Assembly (NCBI GenBank): GCA_051294375.1 | Contig: CM119265.1 | Coordinates: 5,386,355 to 5,450,354, forward strand | Source of the DNA: Paraspadella gotoi | Taxonomy: Eukaryota > Animalia > Chaetognatha | Reading direction: 5' to 3' | Length of the DNA: 64,000 nucleotides | Shown here: piece by piece, positions 40,235 to 53,739 of the stretch | Position numbering within the stretch: position 1 is the stretch's first letter | Layout: each line of letters begins with the position of its first letter | Notes under the pieces: model-generated | The model's input: only the letters and a program-made list of their open reading frames with translations | Databases searched by the model: none | What the model was told of the DNA's origin: nothing | Made by a program: the position numbers and the translations under genes

Positions 40235-41579
40235 ATGCCCACATTAAAATGGGGAAAGGGAGAGAAGGCTCGAGTGCTCGGCTACGCCGAAAGGTAAGTT
40301 AGTGCCCAAAATCGATCGCAAATATTTATTCAGACAAAATGGTAGTAATAACATCTACTATCCGTCAAGTTGTTTAGTAATCTCTTGGCAAATGTCTCAT
40401 AATAAATGTCGTACTCTAACTTCTCCAGCCTTGAAGACAACCGCGGACGAGCCATTCCGGGCGAAAAGACTTCCATCCAAGATATCGTGACGGGTGCCAG
40501 CGAAGTTAGCAAGGAGCTTGTCGACGGCCCTAAGTAAGAACCCATGGAGTGGACTGTAACGTGACGATTGACCGTTTTTTTGACTAACTTGACTTAAACA
40601 AACCGTAAAACATTTTTAATGGCTGATCATGACCGTCAAAGGATATAACAAGTCTTATCAAACTAAGCTGTAATGTAATGGAAAACACCCAGTTCATTCA
40701 TTGGAAACTGCGGCCGCTGCCCGCCATAATACAATCTGGTGGCGAGAGTGATTGTGTTGGCACACCTTCGTCAATGAGAGCGAGTTGTTCACAAAGTTTC
40801 TCTCACAATCAAGAAGAAGGCCAACGCTCCCCAGGCTCTTTTGACCTCTCGTTGGCCCACCTATTCGCCCTACCGTCAAAGTTATTCATCGCCCGCCAAG
40901 AAAGAAAATCTTCTTTCTCCGATTTGTGTAAACAAGAAAACCAAACAGGGAAAAGAATTAAGAAAAGTGAACGAGTTTGAGAGAGAAAGAGAGAGAAAGA
41001 AAGAGAGAGAGAGAGACAATGTACAAAGAAAGACAACAATGCGCGATTACGAATTCCAGGGTTGTGAATTCTTTATCGCGCTTCCGACGGAGGGAGCGGC
41101 GTTAAACGTTCAATCTTTACAGTTGGGCCCCGAGTATATGCGATGCAACTCTTTAAGTGACTATTCGGTCGGTCGAACGGTTCGTCTGTCGGTCTGTCTC
41201 TCCCGCTTATGTTCTAAACACGCATGACTGGAAAAATTCATCATCATTTTCGTTAATACTTGGCAGAAAGTCTAAATGTTTCATACTTGCACATTATCGT
41301 AACTACAGATGAATATTGAGTAATCAAACGAGATACGATTGAGCCTTCCGCATTTTTTAAAAAGCGGGGCTAATTGTTCAAAATACTAAGTGGACACTCG
41401 ACAACGACTCATTGTTCTGAAATTTCGGGAATTCCATTTCTAAGTATTTCTTCCTGCCGCATGCTTCAGATTCCGTGACCTCGTTTCGATCCCTTTCTTG
41501 CCAAAGATTGTTTCGGAATTTTTTTCCCTTAAATTTCTAAAATAACATTTTTCCGTGTTTTGTTTTATCTTCGTCTCTT

Positions 41580-41610
<31 letters not shown>

Positions 41611-43097
41611 NNNNNNNNNNCTCTCTCTCTTTGTGTCTCTCTCGGTTTATTGCTTTTTCCCTTCGCAAATCTTGTTCCTCCGTCTTACGTTTTGATAATT
41701 ATTTGCCGCGGGCCACGCTTGGCGTGTCGCTCGAATTCTATTGGAATGATATACTTAAAGTTAAAGCAAAAATAAAGAATTTTTTTTTATCTGTACGTAA
41801 TTAAACTTCCGTTCCTGTCAATGCTAACTGTAGCTCAATTTCTCAAACGATTCAGGAAATATTTTAAAATCTATACAACATAATATATATTTTATATAAT
41901 ACGCATACATATATTAAGATAACATTATTAATTCTAAAAATTCTTACTGAGGACAGTTATTAAAAACGTAGCTGAATGAAAACACGAATATTTTCTCTTG
42001 AATTTCTTTTTTTGATTTTTTTTTCTCTCTTTTCTTCTTTTTTTTCCCCCCAATAAGAAAACCTCTTCAAAATCCCTATAGTTTTCCTCCCAAAACAATC
42101 CCCGAAAACACAATAACTTCAAGAACTTACCCTCAACCCTAACCGACCTCAAAGATCTTTCCAGCCCTCGTACCGCGCAGCCTCCTTTCGTCTCTCGCCG
42201 ATTTTCTCCGATGAAAACTTCTTTCCCAAACGGGTCGACCCCGGGGCCAATTTGGAGAAATGGGGGGGAGAGAGGGGGGGGAGTTAAAAGGGTGCGGGGC
42301 CAAAAGGGGGCGTTAGTAGGGACGAGAGACGAGACACGCTATCAACTTGTAACTTTTCTCTCTTTCGTCTCTTTGTTTGGATCGGCGCAGGAAGATCCGC
42401 TGTCTTAGTCGTTGTCGTTGTCATAATTGCCTTTCGTCGCTGTCGTCATGAACGTCGTTCCCTGTTTGATGTTTACGTCGTGTAAGTTGTTGTCGCTGGT
42501 TCATTCGTTGTATTTCTCGTGATTTGGGTCGTTTTTGTTTGGGTTGTAGAACTTTCAGTTGCTTGGAAAATGAGAGGAGCTGATTATATGCATTTTTGTG
42601 GCATACTAAAAACAATAAAAATCAGAAAAGTAAAAAAAATTGATAAAAGAAGTACGAGTTTTTAAAGTTAAAGTTATTAATCAGTAAAATTTAAAAAAAT
42701 AATATTCTTAATCTGAAATTTAAATTGTGGCAAAAGGAAATATTTTTAAAAAATAATTTACAATAACCGAAACTTTTTGTAACTATTTCCTATTCAAGAT
42801 TTAGTTTGAAAAAAATGTAACCATTCTTAGGTCAGGCTTGTCAGCAGCAATCCTAATCGGCTTGTCTCGTCGTCATCGTCGTCGTGATCGTCGTCATTGT
42901 CGTCGTTGTTTATGACTTGGTCTGCGAAGCCACGATTGACCTCGACTCCCAAAGAGAGCAGGAGCGGGGCAAGATAGATCGGGAGTCAACCCTCTTTTGA
43001 TTCCCTTGAGGGAGGGGGGGGAAATGTAATGAGTACATTAAGAATTATCGCCGTCGCTGTAAAAAGAAGAAAGAAAGAAAGAAAGAAGAAAAGAAAA

Positions 43098-43134
<37 letters not shown>

Positions 43135-46100
43135 AGGAAAGAAAAAGAAGCAAGATAAAAGAGAAGAAAGAAAGAAGAAAAAAGAAAAAAGAAAGAAAGA
43201 AGAAAGAAGAAAGAAAAGAAAGAAAGAGAAAGAAAGAACGAAAGAAAGAAAGAAAAAAAGAAAGAAGGAAAGAAATCAAGGAAGCAAGCAAGAAAGAAAG
43301 AAAGAAGGAAACCAAGCAAGAAAAAAAGAAAGAAAGATAAAAAAGAAAAGGAAAGAAAGAAAAGCTTAGACAATGAAGAAAAGTCAAAAAATTAAAGGGG
43401 CCCATCATTTCCATGTCGGTCGAAAAAACAAATTCGTCCCACGGCGTCCCGGACCAATTCTTCTCCCACCTTCAATGAGCCATTATCTCCTCTCCCCTTC
43501 CCCCCCCTCAAAATAACAAAAAAATAAAGAATAAAAATTAGAAATCAACAACAACAACAACGACAACGGTCCAAAAAAAAACTGGTTTCGCTTCTTTTTC
43601 AGGGTCGAAGAGATCATCAAGTTGTCGCATCTCAAAGAGTTGATGAGAACTTTTCAGCTCCACGTCCCGCGCACTCCTTCCGCCGGATCCGGTAAGAGGC
43701 CCCTTCCGATTTCGTTCCGAGCAGAAAAAAAAAAACTCGCCCGGTGACTTTTTTTCTAGTCTGGTAGATCTTTTTTTTGGAAGTGGGTCGGAGCTTACCC
43801 GGGGGGGGGTGGTGCCCGAGGTGTGGAGAGGATTAAAGTTGATAAATCGCTGTCGAGTGGTTAAGAAAGCGCTGCCATGAGCCGCGTTACATTGTTTAAT
43901 AATTTATTAATAATTATTAATGTAATTAGTAATTATATTAATTATTTGTAATTTATAATGTGAAGTCACAGGAAGTATCATGATATGTCATAAAACTGTA
44001 AAAAAATGTAATTTTCTATCGTGATTTCAAGCAAAGTAAAATTTAGTAGATTATTTAGTAGACATTTATTTTCGAGAATATTCACGCTGTGTCCGGTCTC
44101 CACCCATCCCTCTCCAAAACGGCAGAGCAACGCGGCCCAAAGAAGCGGACTTACATCGCGGAACGGGAGAAGCCTTCGAAACCCCCCGACGGAAGCATGA
44201 GGATTCGGGACTTCAAACTTGCCGTCAACGGACTCTTGGGCACGGACGAATTTGAGGATCAGTTGGAGAAGGTGGGGGATAAGTAGAGTAAGTTATAGTT
44301 GCAGGGGGTGCCTCGGGGCGCCTTCTTCTTACGATGTATAACTCGATCCACGTGATATTTTATTGAGTAAAGGAAAAAGTTTTAGGAAACCAATAAAATA
44401 TTCATAAATCATTCATAAATAATGATAACAGTAATCCAGAATCCATTTATAAAAATTTATACATCGGTGTTTTCTATAACGCACGCTAGATGTCAATAAG
44501 AAAACTCGGTGACAACAAAAGAACATAGGCAGAACTTTTTCGCAAACCGTGGCTTGGGGCTTTTGTAAATATCAATAATCTTAAATTCGTTGTTAAGGTT
44601 TTTAACAAAGTGGACATTTCTTGCGACGGTCACGTTAACTGGGACGAGTTTTGTACTTACATGCTGCTACAGGTTTATTCATAAAATATATTTCTTACGT
44701 AATTCAAATAAAAAAGAAATGAATGAATTTTTTCGGTCAGTATCGGGAGCGTGACCGCTTGGCGTCTCGACGGACGTTACCCTTTTGTTCGGAACCGCAG
44801 ATCCAACATATGGCGCACAATCGACAGGAAATCACCGCTAGGGTCGTCACGATCCAATCGCCGCTGAGATTTTTTTCCGTCAGGTTGTAGAAATTTCACC
44901 GATTTTTCTACGTATGAAAAAAGGGACAAGATAGCTTCTTTATTAAATGAATGGATAATTTTTATATTTGTTGTACCAATTTCATAAATAATTAAAACAT
45001 ATTTTGATTAGAAAAGATTTATATAGTATGCTTCAATTTTTTTTATTCTTCAGCAAAGAGGGGGAGATCGGCGTGTGGGATTCACATTTGAGACTCAACA
45101 AAATCTATTCTATGAATGGAAGACCCAAAACTGAGGACGAGTCCGACAAATACGCAAACGGGGACAACATCAAGAAGAGGCAAATCGTTTGTCAAATCGC
45201 TTTAGAATCATGTTAATGATATTAAATAAATGTATGACAGGGTGAAGATGTGGGTGACCGACGCTGTCTACATGTCCGATTGTCACAAGCTCGCCATCGC
45301 TACCACATGTCGAGATATCCACTTCTACGACGTCTCTACTAATGCTTTTATTCGTCAGGTATTTGTTACAAACGATGTAATTAAATAAATAATTTAAGTA
45401 ACTGTACTGTCTAGCGTCTACTGAGGATTGATGGCTGAAGAAGTAAAGGAAGGAATTACTTAAATTTGAATTAATTGATAATAACGAAAACCTATATAAG
45501 TTCGCCTAACAAGATCGCCTTTTGTTTTTTACATTAGTACCATTTGTACGGCTTCGTCTACGTCCCTTACTGTCTCGACTACGTTTCCGGCTCCGATGCG
45601 ACGACTTCGGGCGCGTCTTCTTCTTATCTCGTCTTCGGCGACGACGCCGGCAACATAAACGTACTTACCTTCGCTCACCCGCGGACCGCTCTTTTTCAGA
45701 CTCCCTTCAAGGTGAATACAGTGTAAGGGGAAGGTAACAGAGCTCAAATTAATTTTCTTTACACAGAACCAAGACTCGGTGCAGAAGATCTACGCGAGAG
45801 AATTGGGATCGCATTCCAAGATCGTGCGATACAAGTTGCTCGCGCAAAAGCATAGTTTGGCAGTAACGAAAGTTGAGATTCAACCGGAAACAACGTATAT
45901 TCTCTCGTGCGCTGCTGAACCGACGCGTTCCATGATTATGCAGGTTTCCTCCTTATCGTCTGTGTGTGAGATTGGACAAAGTTTATAGACCTGATATGTA
46001 TAAAACCGTTGAGTCAATATCATAATACCATACACTATTAAGTATTATTTGTTAGGCTTCCAACTGTATTTCTTACTTCAATGAAACACACTGAAAAAGA

Positions 46101-49100
46101 TAACTAATTCATCAGAAATTAATTTTAAGATTCAAGAATTTTACGCGTAATTTTTAATCATCGTTTAATAATTTTAACAATTAAGCTAATAAAAACTATG
46201 TTCGTACTTACTCGCCCACGTTAAAATTGTACGCAGGACATGGAGCAGCGAAAGAGTCCAAGCGTGTTTCGAGTGACCAAAGGAGTCAGTTGCTTTGATT
46301 TTAACAAAGAGATGAATTTACTGGCGACTGGAAGTCCCGATCATCTCGTGCGCCTTTGGAATCCTTTTTGTCCTCACAAACCAACGGCTCTTCTCAAAGG
46401 TGAGTGTTTTTGAGCTTTTTAAACGGAAGTAACTCTGCCGCAATTATATTGGTGTATAGGTTGTTGTCTCTGGAATGTTTTGTTTTATTATTATTTTATT
46501 ATATTATCATAATTGGTATATTGATCATAAGTTGTAAAGTCTTCTGAACTTAGTCTTGCAACTACGTCAGGTCACACCGCTGTCGTCTTGGACGTAAAAA
46601 TCTCCAAAAGCCTGAACCAGATCGTCAGCTACTCAAAGGAAGCGGTGGTCAAAGTGTGGGACATTCGCGATCAACTCTGCGTGCAAACGGTGACGATCAA
46701 ATTTCCGGCAGCCGTGGATGCTCGCGCGCCGGATCACGGTCCGTTTCCGGTAGAGATGCACGCAGGGTCGACGCCATTTTTGATCATCACGGCTGGGTGA
46801 GTGTATAGTTTAGAACTTACCTGAAGGCTTGATTCAATTCGTCTTGCCCGATTTTCAGAGATCACATCGCTATGCTCAAATTCGGCAGCGCCACCTCTAA
46901 GGCGTTAGCGGTAACGACGCATAAAGCGCCGCTCTGCGCCGCCATCTACAATCCTTACTACAAACAGGTGGTGACGGGCGCCGAAGATTCCGCCGTTGCC
47001 GTCTGGGACGTCGAGACGGGAACCAAGTGCATCGCGTTTAATCACGGTGAGGTGGTGGATGAACAATGTGTAATTTTCGCGCTTACGATTAAAGAAATGA
47101 ATCAATGATAAAGATCTTTTGTTTTCAATTTCCCCTTTTTTTTTTTTAGCCCACGGTGATGAGGAGATCACCTTCATGACATTCGATACTTCGCTACGCC
47201 GTCTGTTGACCGGATCCCGAAACGGCGGCGCGAAAATTTGGAACTTTCAAAATGGACACAACATTCAGACGCTAGAGGCCTCCAGTGATGCCGAGATTAC
47301 GGGAATCGTGACCCTAAAAGAACAAAAGACTATCGTCACTGTCGGTGAGAAAAAATTTAACTTTATTTAATTATATAAGTAAAAAATAACTAAAATGAAT
47401 ATTATATACATAGTATGTATATAACTAATTAATTAAATAATTAATTAATAAAATATACTTATATAATTAAGTATTACATACAGTATTACATACATATGTA
47501 TGTTGTAGGAAAATTGTAATTAACATTAAGGTTTGGAGCAGGATGATAACCGTCTACGACGACAGTAAAAGAGACGAAGGCATTATTCCATGCTCTCCAG
47601 CTTGGAAGGGTGGTATGCTTCACAAGGTTAGAGCCAGATAATTTTTAAAAATAAATTTTTCTCGAAAAAAAAAAAAAACATATTTGAGCATTTTGGGGAA
47701 CGGTTCGACAGGAAGACATACTCTCTCTGACTTACATTCCTCCGAATCTGATTGGAACGGCCAGCTTCGACGGAGAGATTCTGATTTGGTCCGTGGAGAC
47801 AGAGAAGCTCTTCAAACGACTTCGAAAGGGTCGAGTAAAGGAGTTGAAGCAATCGTCCGTCGACCGTCTACTTTGTCTCGCTGCCAGAACCGCTTGGGGT
47901 AATTTTTGCTTGACACATTATATGATATTACACTTGACACCACTTTGAGACTAAAAATTAATTTGCATAATTCAGTGTTCGCTAGAATTGCGAATTTAAA
48001 GAGTGTTTTTAATTATTACAAAAAAACGCCATAGCTGTCTGCAAAATGATAGTATTGAGAGCAGAAACGACGATTAAATTTGCTCTCATATTACATTATT
48101 ATTAATATTATTCTTATCTTAATTGACAAGTTAAGAGATCTTATCAACTACGTTTACATCTTATCACCCATGTTTTATCGCCACATAATCACCTGTTTTC
48201 ATATTTTTACTAAATTATATTTACTTTATTATTTTAAAAAATTGAAAAAACTGTCGCGCTTACAGTAGACAAATCGTGACTAATAGTTATCTGATCTTTA
48301 TTTTCCGTATCAAATTCGTATATAAATATATATTTCTTCATTTAATTCTGTTGATAAAATTTCTCTCTAAACCTTCCAATCCAGGATCTCCATACAACTA
48401 CGCCAATCTCGTCTCCAGCGAAGGCGGAGTCCTCAAGTGGTGGAACATTTACGGCGCCGTCCCACTCGTTGGCGCTTTTTCCGGCACTGACGCCGACGAC
48501 GAGTCAGTGCTAGCAATAACTACAAACCCGGCGTCGAAGATTCTTGTTGCCGCTGACACGAGGGTAAGTAAAAACATTTACACATTACTTCAAATTATCA
48601 TATTAGACAGTGTCTAATAGACACTCATCCGCTTGAAATATCTACAGGGACAGGTGGGACTCTGGGATGTGGGCTCGTACTGTCTTCGCACGCGTGACGG
48701 TCGCGTTACGCGTAAAGCGCCGCCGTTAAAGAACTCGTGGCGCGCACACGACGCCGCCGTCGTTTCCGTGGAATTCGTGGAACATCCGGTATTTACATTA
48801 CGTACTCTGTTACGTGGTAATTTTTTACTTCAAAGCATTGGTTACTATTAATTTAACTATTTTCCACTGAAGTCGCGACAGTTAGTGATCACGGCCTCAA
48901 CGGATGGCACCGCTTGCCTCTGGGCGATCGACGGAAGTCAAATCGGGACATTTGGTCAGACGTCATCCTGGGATTTGGATCAACCGCTCTCGTGGGCCAA
49001 CGCCCTCTTCGATCCGCTCAAGGTTTGGATACATCTGTCTCCATCTGGAGATTCTGATGAGAAACTTTAAAAAAAAAAAATCATTACTCAATATCTTCAG

Positions 49101-50442
49101 AGGCCAAAATAACAAAAAAGGCAATCGTTTGATAACGTTTGACGCTGTTTGACGCTTTATTTTGTACATTTTGTATCAACATTTTTAATTGGATCGACAA
49201 AGAAAACCATGGTTCTCGTTAGGTGACGCCAGGATCCGACAAACTTCGACTTTCGGTGCAATATGACAGTCCTTTAATAACGACCACAACGGCAACGGGC
49301 ACAACGCAGGCTCGGACGACTCAACTGACTCCCGGCGACAACAATTTGGACGAAGACGACGACGAAGAAGACGATCCAAGGACCGCTTGGAAAAAGGAGT
49401 AAGAATTGTGACGTTGCAATTTGATCTCGAGCTAGACAATAATTACACAATCGCTTTCCCTTTACTTTGCTGGTCAGTGGTCACACCCATCCTAATATCT
49501 CTGCTCTTTTCTCCAGATCGAAAGCCGTGACGATGACGAGCGTCAAAGACTTGGACGTTCGAAAACTCGACCCCGAGTTGGCGTCGCGAATATCGCACAA
49601 ATGGGCCGGGCGACGGAAAGGTTTGCTCGACGAGGTCGTGGAAAAAACGAAGGGACCGAACTCGTGTCTGGGGACACACGTGCAGTTGCAACTGCGGCAA
49701 AAGCAGGCGTGTGAAACTTTATTTTCTCCACTATATGAAATTGGTACAACCAATATATTTTTTTTATTTCCATTTTTTCTTATCAAGCTCCACTTTATAA
49801 ATTTTCTCTAATGCGTCTTGAACCTTGAATTAAGCTCTCTTTTTTTTGATTGATTGAATGTCAGTTCTCCGGGCTACTGCTACTTTTAGGGCTGATTTAT
49901 TCCATTAAATTTATGAAAGATCTCTGTCTCTCTTTTACCGTAACTCTGTCTCTATAATTCTCCAGAAAAACCGGAAGGGTCGTCGCGATACCTACGGAGA
50001 AGTGGATGTTAGGAAGACTTCGCGGTTCGGAAACAAGTGCTCCCCTTATCAAGCATTAGAGATGAAAAGCCTCAGCCTATTGCCACAGGGTGTCACGCCG
50101 CCCAAGTCACGGGTCCAAGGGGCAGGTGAGCGGAAGAGAGGCTTTTGTTCTCTCATTTTAATTGAACGAAACGTCACAATTTTTATCTTTTGTCTGTCGT
50201 AAGGAACGCTAGCCCCTACGAGTCGTTCCACCGACGCGCCGGAGCTTTTCTTCGGCGAATCAACGACCGACTTGACCGTCTCCAAAGACGCTGTCGTTTC
50301 AGCCATGGACCCCAAAGGCCGTTCGTCGGAAGCCTCTGACCGCACCTTCGCCAAACTGCAGTGGCCGCTGGAATGCTCGACGCCGACGCTGACGCCACAA
50401 CCGATGGCGTTTCCGCCGATTGACGCAATAAGGAAAGCGTGA
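40235..50442 (+). CDS. EF-hand + WD40-repeat protein, WDR49/EFCAB8/WDY-like (cilia/flagella-associated family)
   Basis: About 21 exons. EF-hand VFNKVDISCDGHVNWDEFCTYMLLQY. WD repeats including KMWVTDAVYM, LATGSPDHLVRLWNPF, IVSYSKEAVVKVWDI, VVTGAEDSAVAVWDVETG, LLTGSRNGGAKIWNFQNG, WRAHDAAVVSVEF. The first two exons (40235-40293, 40429-40533) are phase-consistent but less certain. One apparent +1 indel at ~47532. Confidence 0.85.
43060..43365. repeat. (GAAA)n polypurine low-complexity tract
   Basis: Direct inspection. It generates spurious K/R/E-rich and F/L/S-rich ORFs. Confidence 0.95.
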
Positions 50443-51262
50443 CGTTTGTAGTTGTGCTAAAGTTTTAATTAATTGCTTCATAAATTGCTACAAATTGTAT
50501 ATTTTACTAATAAAACTAATTTTTTTTACAAATTACTCGTTATAGCCGGAGCCGACCAAATTCATGAATTTTTAATGGGAACAGTATTAAACTAATCCAT
50601 TATTGCTTTTAATTATTGTATTAAAATATTTTTTTTTTGCAAAAATGTTCCGAACCATGAGTAATTCGCTAATTAATATTATTATATTGTATATAATGTC
50701 AAAATTTCTTTGGATATTTTTAGTTTTTTTAATTGATTCTGATAGAGCTTAAAAAGTTAAGCAAAAAATATAATTACAACTTTTTAAAATTTTGATGTTT
50801 TATTACTAAAAATTAGTAAAAACTACTAAAATCATTGAATGATGATGATGATGATAATTTTTAAAGGTTTTTCCAAATTTTGACCCACTTATCATCAAAA
50901 TTGTAAGCTATCTGAATCTGCTTTTAAAAATACAAAATTTTTTAAAAAAATTTTGACATTTCCAATCTATAAATAAATATTAAAAAAATTAATTACTAAT
51001 GCTTCTAGCCATTTTAGAAAATTTTGGTCCATTGAAAGTTTTCTCAGAAATGTAAGAAGTTTCATTTGGAAAGGTTCCCAAATCAAACTTCTGACCCACC
51101 CCATTGACAAAGTTTGGCTCTACCGTTATTAATGCCATCTCGTTGAATAATTTAAATATATACGAACAAAGGATCGTTTACAACGAAGGAACAATAACCT
51201 TTTCCGATTCTAATCATACTACGACTAAGATTAAACTGTTCTCCCTCATCTCAACTCCCCTC

Positions 51263-52862
51263 TCACGCCATCTGCGCGAGAAACACCTTCCTCGTCCTTT
51301 CCTCCTTCTCTCTCTTCCTCTTCTCCTCCTCCAACAACCTCCTCCTCGTCTCCATCTTCCTCTCCACGCTCTTCCTCTCCGCGGCGGGAAAGTGTCCGAT
51401 GGCGGCGACGAATCCGCTCCCGAAACACGCCGCGCCCTCTCTCACCGACGCCGCCGTCCCCGTCGCCGTGCTCGTCGGCGTCGGTATGAAACTCGCGCGC
51501 GACTTTCTCTTCTCTGGCGCCGGCGGCGCCGGAACTTCGAAGCCGGTCTCCGTTCCTCGATTCGGCGACGTCTCCTCCACGACCGCTTTCCTTCTCAAGT
51601 TGATCGTCGACGAGGAAGTCAGCGTCGCTATGGAAACCAACTTGTCAACACCCCTGTCGCTGCGACCTCGTCCGCCGCCGCTTTCTTCCTCCAACGTGAA
51701 TCTCGACGCGGCGTGCGACTCCCGTCCCAGCGCAGCGGCATTGGATTCCAGACGACGACGCAATTCGTCCTTGAGGGCGTCTTGGTAGTCGCGAACGATT
51801 CCGGTGATCTCGGCGTCGAGAGAGAGAAGGGAGAGCGTCGACGATGAAGACGGTTCCATCGGCGTCTGCGCTTCCGATTCCAGCTTCTTTCGCTTCAACT
51901 GGACGGCGGCTTTGAGGCGAGCGTCGACTCGGGAGGCGTTCATCGAAGTGCGAAGCGACGAGGCCGTGGCGATCGGCAGCTCGGAGGTCATCCGTGTTTG
52001 CGGCTCTGCCGGGCTATTCGTAGAGGGGCCCTGGGCGGAGGCTCGTCGGGAGATGGAAAGGCGTTTTCTGGAAAGGAATGAATAAATGAATGAAAGCGAA
52101 ATGAAATTGCGATATTAGATTAAAAAAAAATAATAGCTCTGTGTTAATCGTCGTAACGACAGCAAGGACAACGATGACGTTTGTACAACCCACTTGATCT
52201 TCCTCACAAGATCCTTTTCTTCCTCCATTTGCGGATTCCGTCCCATCAAAATTGCTCGATCGTTGCGGCAGACTTCCGCTTCGGAGATGTCGATCTCTTG
52301 CAACAGGTCTTGCTTGCTTTCGATGTCTTAAAAGAAGACGGGGGGAAAAAAATTCACCCCCAATTAGTTTGTGAAACTCCGCTTTGTAACGATATTGGTT
52401 CTGATACTGTGTATGAAATTGGTACAACCAATGTAAAAATTATCCATTCATTCCATTCATTTAATAAATAAACTATCTTGCCCCTGACTTTGGACAGGCT
52501 TTGGTGGTTTAAGGCCTCCATCACTCTTACAAGATAATGACAAAGCAGGTCCATGCATATTATTCATATTAATCGATCGATAAAAGCAATGAACTCGAAC
52601 CTTCTTCCCAAGCCTTGGCAAGTTTGACGACGGGATTGGCATTGTACTTGAGTCTCTTCTCAAAGAGCAAGGAGAGATTGTCGATGCACTTGGCCTCAAC
52701 GATGCTGGCCGATTTGACGTTGTAGCGTCGCTGGCCCTCGAATAGGTCCACTCGACGCTGGAGGCGCTGCTCGCTCATCGAGCGGAATCTCTGAAAATTG
52801 TCCATCTTTTTCCGGATGCTCTTCTTCGCCATCTTTCGGCGACGTTCCAACTTTTGCTCCAT
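51263..52862 (-). CDS. Hypothetical charged coiled-coil protein (at least three exons: 52862-52601, 52326-52195, 52067-51263)
   Basis: Phase-consistent GT-AG joins WEE|DIESKQ and RKIK|KRLSI, with a long GC-rich last exon. Additional 5' exons are possible around 53060-53300. Confidence 0.65.
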
Positions 52863-53739
52863 CTCTTGGGTCGTAGTTTGTTTGTTTGTTTTTTTCAATT
52901 TTTATACAATCAAATTATTATTATTTGTTATACTTCTTTGTATAATGTACAATTGTTCGCAACGTTGGTGGTCACTGACACTATTTATCTTTCATCGGAA
53001 AGTTTTTGTAGAGTTTTCAAAAAAGTCGTACAAACTTAGTTCGTATAACACGGCATTTATAAAGTAAGAAGCAGAAAACTCTTCGCCGAGTTCCGGGTTC
53101 GAAGAGATATAAATATTTTCGATTCCAGTCGAATCATCTCTNNNNNNNNNNTCTCGAAGATTCCGAACCGCTCATAAACTTGATGTATGACTTTTTCCGA
53201 TCGCGAAAATTTTTAATCATTTCCGAGCCCACCTCTTTTCCGCCCATCGTCGCCTTCGTCTTCGTTTGCGTGGCGTGTCAAAAAAGTCTAACCCGCGCGC
53301 CCCATGACCTTCGGATCCCGATGGGTACAAAACTGTTTTCATAACTTAATCGTGCGTTAAATCTGTCAAGAATAATGACTGAAATGACCTGCATTTTTAA
53401 GTCGACTCGTGGTCTAAATCTCCACGGTGACCCGACCATAAATGTAGTTTTTTTTTACAGAACAATTCGGACTATTGGTTGGTTTAAAGCAGTCTATGAA
53501 AATTTGATTGGAGATCGGCTGTTTATATTTAGTAATAAAATTTACTAATGAAAAAAGTAGGAGATCAAACCTTAATTCATCAGAGAAAAAATAAAAATAA
53601 TAATCACACAAGGTTCGCATACGAGAAACGAAAGTCGAAAATACCAGTTTAAAAATCCATCAATGGATAAAAAAAATATAAATATTGGCGAAAGATAATA
53701 ATAATTAGACCCGCAAGTTTTATACTTTCGCCGTTCATT

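Noticed and set aside
12746-47540. Frameshifts in the lectin (~12757, ~13012) and the WD40 gene (~47532) as pseudogenisation or programmed frameshifting
   Set aside because: All fall in short homopolymers, and the duplicated segments show the same kind of 1-nt indel noise. Assembly error is the simpler explanation pending raw reads.
50536-51130. Possible second HINE-like element between the convergent genes
   Set aside because: Only a loose inverted match between the ends and no other hallmarks.
52482-52523. Apparent 42-nt exon (VMEALNHQSLSKVR) with a GC donor in the minus-strand coiled-coil gene
   Set aside because: It lies inside the dispersed repeat also found at 36699-36826, and the flanking exons join in phase without it. 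Not counted as a GC-AG intron.
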